64,000 bases of DNA, taken from the NCBI GenBank assembly GCA_035415725.1, contig DAOOGN010000001.1:77382-141381 (forward strand), in the 5' to 3' direction. The notes below the pieces were generated by a model. The model saw only the letters and a program-made list of their open reading frames with translations. It searched no databases and was not told the DNA's origin. Source of the stretch: Anaerolineae bacterium. Lineage in GTDB: Bacteria; Chloroflexota; Anaerolineae; B4-G1; SLSP01. Within the stretch, counting starts at the first letter, position 1, and each line of letters starts with the position of its first letter. Both the position numbers and the translations under genes were made by a program. Below, piece by piece: positions 10,108 through 18,657 of this stretch.

Positions 10108-10155
10108 GTGAAGTTCGTGGTGAAAATCATGTCTGACTCCGGCTTGTCCGGGTGA
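10108..10155 (+). CDS. Candidate 15-codon upstream ORF (leader peptide) whose stop overlaps the SD of the gene at 10165
   Basis: A GTG at 10108 is preceded by GGTAGGAG with a 5-nt spacer. It encodes (M)KFVVKIMSDSGLSG and stops at TGA 10153-10155, inside the GAGGAG SD of the main gene. This is the only intergenic gap in the array longer than 100 bp. Confidence 0.25.
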   Translation: MKFVVKIMSDSGLSG

Positions 10156-10164
10156 GGAGTAAGG

Positions 10165-13100
10165 ATGGCGCATCAGGCAAGAACACGTGAAATATCCTCT
10201 TCTGAAACGGTTCGTGACGCTCGTCGCGAGGCGACAACACGTCCTACCATTGGACTGCTGGTTGCCGAAACCTCCTCGTTGTGGGGGCAGTCGCTGTTGC
10301 AGGGTGTGACGGATGCCGCTGAGGCGTTGGATGTGAATCTGTTATGCTTCGTGAGCAGTACGCTGCCGGGAGAAAATGTTGAGGATGGCAAAAACATCTT
10401 CGACTTGATCGATCCTGATTTCCTGGATGGTATTATTGTATCGGGTAACATTGCTTATGCAACAAAACCCGAAACACTTCATGCCTTTATCGCTAGACTC
10501 AGAAGTGTTCTTCCTCTCGTGGGTATCGTGATGGTCCATGAAGGCCTCCCCTCTGTTCTGGTCGATGGCTTCAGTGGCATGTATGCTATGATCAAGCACT
10601 TGATCGAGGTCCATGGATGTCGCCGGTTGGCCTTCATTCGTGGTCCCGTGGGCAACTTCGACGCCGACGAACGGTACCGCGCCTATACCACGCTGCTCGA
10701 AGAATATGGCATCCCGTTCAATCCTGACCTGGTTGAGGTGGGCAATTTTACGGAGGGGCGGGCAGCGATGAAAGCCTTATGGCCGCGCATGATGGCTATA
10801 GCGCGTGAAGAGGGAGAGACAACGCCCTGGGCCGTCGTCTCTGCCAACGACGATATGGCAATCCAGGCGATAGAAACATTGCGGAGCTACGGTGTGCATA
10901 TTCCTGAAGACGTACTTGTGGTGGGTTTTGACGACACGGTCGCGGCGCAGAATTTGGATGTTCCCCTGACGACAGCGCGGCAGCCGACTCCGACGATGGG
11001 GCGGCTGGCCGTGGAGCTGATGGTGCAACGGCTGCGTGGAGAAGCGGTGCCGGAGAGAGTGATGGTGCCCGCTGAAATGATAGTGCGTCGCTCATGTGGC
11101 TGTCTGCCTGAAGCTGTGTTGCAAATCCCCGTTCAGGCGACAATGAAGGTCACCGGCGAGCCTCTCCCGGTCTTCACCGGAGTACCCGAGCCGCTATGGA
11201 ATGCTTTTATGGCTGCGGTGAATGGACAGCCGGCTGAGGGTTTTCTGACCTTGTTCGATCAGGCCTTGCGTCAGACGCAATATGAAAGCCAACGCCTGGC
11301 AGACTGGCAATTTGTTCTCACGGAGATGCGGCGGCACACCTTGACCTACCTGAGCGATCCCGACGCCCGCGGTCGCGCCGAGAACCTTTTCCAGCAAGCC
11401 CGTTTGTTAGTGGGAGAAGCTGAAAGACAACAGGAAGCATACCGCCGACAACGCTTTGAACGGCAAGAAACACTTCTATCTCAGATTGACAATACATTGC
11501 GGGCGACTTTGCACTTGCCGGAATTGGCGTCGGCTTTGAACGGATTATTCCCGGCTATTGGCATCGAATGTTGTTTCGCCTCGTTGTATGACGCCAGAGA
11601 TGCTGCGACCCAATATGCACGTTTGCTTTTTGCCTACGACACTTCCTGCGCCGACGGCGCTCCACAAGTCGAGTTGTATACCGACGGGCCGCTGTTCCCG
11701 TCGCAACAGTTGGTTCCGCGGAAAATTGTGGTTGAAGAACACCGGCGGACTCTCCTGGTGATAGGGCTTGCCTTGCAGGAGCAGCAGCTTGGCTTTATGG
11801 TGGTGTGGGGTGGCCCCCAATGGCAAGTGTATCCACGCCTGGCACAGCGTTTGAGCGATGTCATCTTCAGGGCGACGCTGATGCGGGAGCAGGAGCGCGC
11901 CCGGCATGAAGCGCTGGAAGCGGAGCGGCGGGCAGAAGAGTCACTGCGGGATGCGTTGGTGGCGCAGCGACGTTACGTTCATGGCGCGTGGCAGGAACGT
12001 GCGGAACCCGTCGGGGGTTATATGTACTCCCCCGACGCGCAGGGGGTGACTGACAGCGCCTGGCTGCCGGAGATGACGGATGCCGTGCAACGCGGTGACG
12101 TGGTGGTGACGCAGGACAGCACTGGCGGGCAAACCCTGGCTGTGCCGGTGACATTGTACGGGGAAGAAATGATCGGGGTTTTGGGATTCAAGGCTACGGA
12201 TGCTGTGCCCTGGAGTGAGGAGCATATCACCCTCGTCCGCACCATCGCTGCAGAAGTGGCCCTGGCATTGGAAACGCAGCGACTGCTGTCTGAAGTGCAA
12301 CGGCGCGCTTCCCGGCTCCTCGCGGCGGCGGAGATTTCACGGGTAGCGACTTCCATTCTCACCCTGGACGAATTGCTGCCACAAGCCGTGAACTTGATCC
12401 GTGAGCGGTTCGATTTGTATTATGCGGGTATTTTTCTGGTCGATGAGGACCGGCGGTGGGCTGTCTTGCGCGCCGGAACCGGTGAGGCCGGGCGTATGAT
12501 GTTGGAACGCAACCACCGCCTGGAAGTCGGTGGCGCTTCGATGATCGGCATGTGTGTGGCCCAAGGTGAGGCGCGCATCACGTTTGATACGCGCCACGAA
12601 GCCATCCATCGTCACAACCCCCTGTTGCCCGACACCCGCTCGGAACTGGCGTTGCCGCTGTTCAGTCGCGGCCGCGTGATCGGCGCCATGACCATCCAGG
12701 ATACACGGCCGGGCGCTTTCACCCGTGAAGACATCACCACGCTGCAAACGATGGCCGATCAACTCGCCAATGCTATTGAGAACGCTATGTTACTGCGCCG
12801 TATGGAGCAGAATATGCACGAACTGGAGGCGGCATCGGGGCGTTTGACCCGCGAGTCGTGGCAAAACTTCCTGGCAAATTATCGGCGGACCTTTGGCTAT
12901 CGCTATCGTCTAATCGACGTTGAGCCGACGCATGACCTGTCACCCGTAGCGCAGACGGCCCTCGAACAACAGGTGCCGGTCGTGACGACGGTGGCGGCAG
13001 AGTCTGAGGATGGGCGCGTGCAAGGCGCGTTGAGTGTGCCCCTCCGGGTGCGCAACGAAGTCATAGGAGTGCTTGACCTGCGCTTTGAGAATGCCGTTGT

Positions 13101-13374
13101 CTCCCCCGAAGCTATCAGTCTGGTGGAGGAGGTAGCTGCCCGCTTGGGTTCGGCTTTAGAGAGCGCCCGCCTGCTCGAAGAATCGCGCCGCGCTGCCGCG
13201 CGGGAGCAAACCACGGCCAGAGTCACCAGCAGTCTGCGCGAGAGGCTGGAGATGGATGCTGTGCTGAAGAATGCGGCGCGCGAGTTGCGCGCGGCGTTGG
13301 ACCTGTCGCGGGTGGCGGTACGTTTGGCCCCCCCCATGACGGAAGGGACCTCCCAGGAGACCAATGCAGGATGA
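10165..13374 (+). CDS. PBP1 (LacI-type ligand-binding) plus three GAF domains, sensory protein, no HTH, no output domain
   Basis: The PBP1 region reads [40 protein letters not shown]...[25 protein letters not shown]...[34 protein letters not shown]...IVRRSCGC. The canonical GAF reads [59 protein letters not shown]...[29 protein letters not shown]. Further GAF-like repeats and the tail follow. Confidence 0.88.
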   Translation: [1069 protein letters not shown]

Positions 13375-13412
13375 GAGGACCACAGCACAGCCACATTTGG
13401 CTGATAGCTGAC

Positions 13413-13447
13413 CGCTGAGGGCTAATCGCTGAAGGCTAATCGCTGAA
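13413..13447 (+). repeat. About 2.5 tandem copies of a 14-bp unit (ggctaatcgctgaa) in the intergenic region upstream of the gene at 13460
   Basis: The sequence is cgctgag ggctaatcgctgaa ggctaatcgctgaa gga. The last copy runs into the SD (AAGGA) of the downstream gene. Confidence 0.7.
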
Positions 13448-13459
13448 GGAAATGAAACG

Positions 13460-15805
13460 ATGACATTCAAGTTTGGAAACTGGCCTATCTTTTACAAGAT
13501 CATGTTTACCATCATGATCATCGTGTTTTTCGCCTTGACGATCACGACGGCTATCCACGTCAATGTCCTGCGCACACAGATGCGTGAACAGATCGGGGCG
13601 CAATTTGCATCGCTGGCAGACACGCGGGTGGAATATATCGTGGACACGCTTACAGAGCAGATCACCCTGCTACGCAGCATCGCTCTCGATAGCACGGTTG
13701 TGGGAACGCTGGAAACGGCTAATGCACGCTACAGTGATGATGCGTCGACCAATGAGTACATGTTGCTTGACACCGACCGCCAGTGGATTGCTGCGCCCGA
13801 TGACAGCGCTCTGGTGCAATCCATCGTCGATCCCACGCAAAATGCGTTGACGGCGCAGTTGCTCGCCCACGCGGAGACCTTGGCGACTTATGGCGAAGTT
13901 CTCATAACTGATCGCTACGGGGGACTGGTCGCCGCGACACGGCGGACCACGGATTACTATCAGGCCGATGAAGACTGGTGGCAGGCCGTGTATGCCGGCG
14001 GCAGAGGCGCCTTTTACATCGGCCAACCGGCTTATGATGAGAGTGCCGGGTACATCGCGGTCAATCTGGCCGTGCCGATCTATTCCCCTCAAAATCGGGT
14101 GCTGATCGGTGTGTTACGTTCTACTCTGAACATGGATCTCATCTATCAAGCCATGAAGCCATGGGGGGAAACTACCGTAACCCTTGTTAATGAAGACCGC
14201 GTGATTCTGGCCGATTCGAACCCCCAGCGCGTGGGGCAAAGCATACCTTCCTCGTGGCCGGTGCGCACGGGCAGTATCGGCGCGACGTGGCTGGAGGCCC
14301 GCGACGACGCCGGCCAGGTGTTGTTGATCGGGCGCGCGGCGACAGCCGATGCCGCCGTCGATGGCGAGATGGCGGCGGCGATTCGCCCCTTGGGATGGTC
14401 GCTGTTCATTTACCAGCCCCAGGCCGTTGCCTTGGCTCCGCTCACCCGGGCGATCTGGCTTGACGTGGGAGTTGCCATCCTCCTTGTTCTTCTGGCGGCG
14501 CTCGCCGCCGTGCTAATATCACGGCGGCTGGTCAACCCCCTGGTGCAGATCCTTGCTGTGGTGCGGCAATGGATGGCCGGCGACCGCACGCAGCGCGCCC
14601 CGGTCTACGGGCACGACGAGACCGGTGAATTGGCCACCTCATGGAACCAAATGGCCGATGAAATCCGGCAACTGGAACAGGCAGCCGCGCACCGTTTGGC
14701 AGAGCGTGAAAGCGAACAGAAGCGACGGGCCCGTGATCTGAACGTGACGACGCTGGTGGGGAATGTCATCTCCGTGACCTCGAACTTACCAGAATTGCTC
14801 CCCAAAGTGGCCGATCTTATACGTGAGCAGTTTGAACTGTACTACGTAGGACTGTTTTTGCTGGACGATACCGCTGAATGGGCCGTGTTCTATGCCGGAA
14901 CCGGTGATGTCGGTAAACGCCGCTTGGCGCAAGAATATCGGGTGCAATCTACGCAAGGACTGGTGGGACGTTGTGTGGCCGGTGGAAGTGCTCTTGTCGT
15001 CCGTGAAGATGAGGCGGATAGCGATCTGGTGGATAAGTCGGGACTGCCGGATACGCGCGCGGCCGTGGCCCTGCCGTTGCGCTCGCGGGGACAGATCCTC
15101 GGCGCTATCGAAGCCCATAGCTATCAACGCGATGCCTTTGACGCCGAAAGCATCATTGTCTTGCAAACGATTGCCGATCAAGTGGCGGTGGCGATTGACG
15201 GTTTGCGCCTGTATGCCGAACGCCAGGAAGCAATGGAGAGTCTCCAGCGCGCTTACGGTGAAGCCGCCCGCGAAGCATGGACGGCGCTGTTGTTGGGCCG
15301 CGCCGCCGGAGCAGAAGGTTATCAGGCGGAGATCAGAGGCCTGGCGGCGTTGCCTCCCACGCCGCCGGATACCTGGCGTGCCGACGCCCGGGTGGCCTGG
15401 AAGGAAGGACGTGTTGTCACGGGTGTGGAAGAGAACGGCGAGGCCGTTTTGGCATTGCCGATTCGTCTGCGCGATGAGGTCATCGGCGTGATTGATGTGA
15501 GCAAGCGTAAGGATGCCGGTGATTGGTTGCCGGAAGAAATCTCTCACCTGGAAGAACTGGTCGAACAGGTGGGATTGACGTTAGAGAGTTCCCGGTTTTA
15601 TCAGGAATCGCAACGCGCCGCCGCGCGCGAACAACTCTTGCGTGAAATCTCGGAGCGCATTCGTGTCGCCGTCGATGTGGACTCGGTGATGCGCATTGCC
15701 GCCAGGGAAATCGGCGACGTGTTACAACGCCCGGTCTTCGTCTATATTGCAGATGAATCACAACGTTCAACGCCGGCGGGTACGGCCCCGGGAGTACAAC
15801 CATGA
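13460..15805 (+). CDS. TM-dCache-TM-HAMP-GAF-GAF sensory protein, no output domain
   Basis: The signal-anchor TM is [22 protein letters not shown]. A periplasmic double-Cache region of about 280 aa follows. A second TM reads [22 protein letters not shown]. The HAMP region is [22 protein letters not shown]. GAF1 reads [59 protein letters not shown]...[12 protein letters not shown]. GAF2 and the tail follow. Confidence 0.88.
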   Translation: [781 protein letters not shown]

Positions 15806-18657
15806 AAAAAGAAGAAACGACGATGCGCGAAAATAACGCGACAACTTCCTCGCTGGATACGCAGCAGCAGAAAACCCGTCCCACGATCGGCTTGTTCACG
15901 TATGGGTTGGTTGATACGATTGGTGCAGCGCTGTGGCAGGGGGTGGAAGAAGCGGTGCGTGAGCATGATGTCAATCTGGTCTGCTTCTCCGGCGGCACCT
16001 GGCACGATTTTACGGGGGATACGCTGGCGGCCAATGTGTTATATGACTTTGTCAGCGCGGAACGCATCGACGGGCTGATCATTTGGGTGGGGCTATTGCA
16101 TCACGTCGACCCTGAGGTGGCCAGGGATTTTTATCGACGCTATGCTCCCATTCCGGTTGTGAGTATTGGACTGCAATTAGCAGGTATCCCTACCGTGATG
16201 GCGGATAATTATGCGGGGATGTACAGTGAAGTGGAACATCTGGTAGGGCACCATGGTTATTCTCGCATTGCCTTTATCCGCGGCCCTGAAGGCCATGAAG
16301 AGGCCGAGGATCGTTACCGCGCTTATCAGGATGTCCTGGCAGCGCATGGTATAAACGTGGACCTTGAGCTGGTCACGCCGGGCAATAACCAGCGGTCGGG
16401 TGGGGGGGACGCCGTCAAGATATTGTTCGACGAGCGACGTTTGCGCCCGCAGGTCGATGTCGAAGCTATCGTGGGCGCCAACGACAATATGGCTTTCGGC
16501 GCACTGGAGGCGCTTCAGGCGCGGGGGATTGCCGTTCCCCATGAAGTTGCCGTGGTCGGATTCGATGATTCTGCCGAAGGATTATATTCGCTGCCGACGA
16601 TGACCTCGGTGCCGTGGCCCGGATATGCGCAGGGCCGTCAGGCCGTCGAATTGTTGATGGCGCTTTTGCATCACGCTGACGTCCCGGCGTTGACGCGCGT
16701 TCCCACAACGGCGGTCATCCGTGAGTCATGTGGCTGCGTGATCCCGGAGGTGGTGCGTGCGGCCGAGGTGCCTGCACTGCGCCCTTCTGCACGGCGCCAG
16801 ACGGATACGATGGCTGCGGTGCGCGACGTGATGGTGGCCGAGATGGCGCAGGCCCTGGCGGCGATTCAGGTGGACGCCGCGCTGTTGGCCGGATTGGTGG
16901 ATGCTTTCATCGGTGAGTTTGCCGCCTCTCCTTCCAGGGGCTTCTTGCCGGCTCTGGAGGCGCTTTTGTGGCAAACTGTGGCCGCGGGCAGCGATGTGAA
17001 TGCCTGGCACCATGCCGTCTCCATTTTACGCCGCCATGCGCTTCCTTATATGAGGAATGAGGCTGTGCGTTCTCGTGCCGAGAATCTCTGGCAGCAAGCT
17101 CGCATCATGATCGGCCATGAAGCACAGCGGGCACAGGCGCGTTTAGGCTGGCGCGCGGAGAGCCGGGCGGCAGCAATACGTTATTTTGCGCAGATGTTGG
17201 CCTCGGCGACGGACTTGGCCGATTTTGCCCACATCCTGCCGCAGCAACTCCCATCTCTGGGAATTCCAGGATGTTCTATCGCGCTGTTTGAGGACCCGGA
17301 GAAACCTCTCCATGTCCGTTTGTTGGTGGCGCGCGATGGCACATCGACTCAGGAAACGTCCATTTTCCCGGCGCGATTGTTGCTACCGGACTCACTATGG
17401 CATCAGGAGAGCCGCTTTAGCCGCGTGCTGGAGGCGCTGTATGTGCGTAGCGCGCGCTTGGGGTATGTGCTTTTTGAGGTTGGGCCACAGGACGGCAGCC
17501 TCTATGTCACACTGCGGGAGCAGATCAGCAACGTCTTGCGCAGTTTGCTTTTGATGGACGAGACTCGCCGGGTGCAAGCGGCGCTCCAGCAATCCTATGC
17601 TGAAGTGGAACAGCAAGTGGCTAGCCGCACGGCTGACTTGCAGCACGAAATCGCCAATCGGGAGACCTTGTCTGAACGGCGTGCTCTTCAGGTGCAGACG
17701 ATCACGGTAGTCTCCCAGGAGATCGCCGCGGCGCCGACGTTGGACGAATTGTATCGCCGGGTAGTCACGCTGATCAAGGAGCGCTTTGACTACTATCACG
17801 TTCAAATCTTTCGCTACGACCCGCAGGTTCGCGCCGTCCGGCTGGTCGCCGGCTACGGTGAGGTGGGGCAGAAGATGCTGGAGGCCGGCTATTTCATCGA
17901 CATGGGTGTGGGCATTGTCGGAACGGCGGCGGAGACCGGCGAACCCGTCCTGGCAAACGAGGTGACGCCGGATCCTCAGTTGCCGGAAACCCAAGGCGAG
18001 TTGGCGGTGCCCATTAAGTTGCGCGAGCAGGTTTTCGGCATCCTGGATGTGCAGAGCAACCGCGTCGGGGCGCTCACACTGGATGACCAACTCTTGTTGG
18101 AGCAGTTGGGGGGGCAGATCGCCATTGCCATCGAAAACACAAGCCTGCGTGAAGAGATGGAAGAGCGCTTGCAAACGTTAAATATGATTCAAGAAGCCAT
18201 GGCCCGTGAGGGATGGGAAGTACTGCGGGCGCAGCAGCGTGGCCTCAAGGGGTACGCCTATGAAGGAGGCGTTGTGCACCCCTTGACCCAGGTCCCTGCC
18301 GCAGAGTATACCGTTCCCGTCGTCGCGCAGCAGGATCAGGTCATAGGCTGTCTGGGTGTTCAGGAGGACCCGGCGCGCCCTCTCTCCGCAGAAGAACGCG
18401 CGCTCCTGACGGCGATAGCGGAGCAGGTTACCTCGGCGCTAGACAGAGCGCGCTTGTTCGAGGATACCCGCCGGAGCGCCGCGCGCGATCAGCTTATCGG
18501 TGAACTGGGGACACAGATGCGAGCTTCGTTGGATATCGACCAAGTGCTTCAGACCGCCGTGCGTGAAATGGTCAATACGTTGAACTTGGCGCGCGTCGAA
18601 GTACGGTTGAGCAGCGAAGAGTCAGTCGGTGCGGCGGCAGAGGAGGTCAATGTATGA
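15802..18657 (+). CDS. PBP1 (LacI-type ligand-binding) plus GAF-GAF sensory protein, no HTH, no output domain
   Basis: ATGA overlap with the upstream gene. The PBP1 region reads [40 protein letters not shown]...[25 protein letters not shown]...[34 protein letters not shown]...VIRESCGC. The GAF reads [33 protein letters not shown]...[27 protein letters not shown]. A second GAF and the tail follow. Confidence 0.88.
   Translation: [951 protein letters not shown]

Noticed and set aside
9163-10173. 336-aa minus-strand ORF, plus similar long antisense ORFs at 31105-31890 (261 aa), 37342-38442 (366 aa), 52539-53522 (327 aa), 43994-44839 (281 aa), 24129-24633 (269 aa) and 17395-18174 (259 aa)
   Set aside because: All lie antisense to plus-strand genes with clear domain content. 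Their translations are Arg/Pro/His-rich low-complexity sequences typical of out-of-frame or antisense reading of high-GC DNA, and they show no recognisable motifs.
12590-12640. The conserved 'LPDTRSE / LPATRSE / LPETRSE' motif as a sortase LPXTG sorting signal
   Set aside because: It is internal and recurs in every GAF. A Gly is replaced by Arg, and there is no following hydrophobic or charged anchor. It is a structural signature of this GAF subfamily, not a cell-wall sorting signal.
12400-12720. Phytochrome or cyanobacteriochrome (bilin-binding) identity of the GAFs
   Set aside because: There is no PHY or PAS-GAF-PHY context, no canonical bilin-binding Cys-His motif, and half of the GAFs lack the Cys. 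I kept only a low-confidence note about the subtype-specific Cys.
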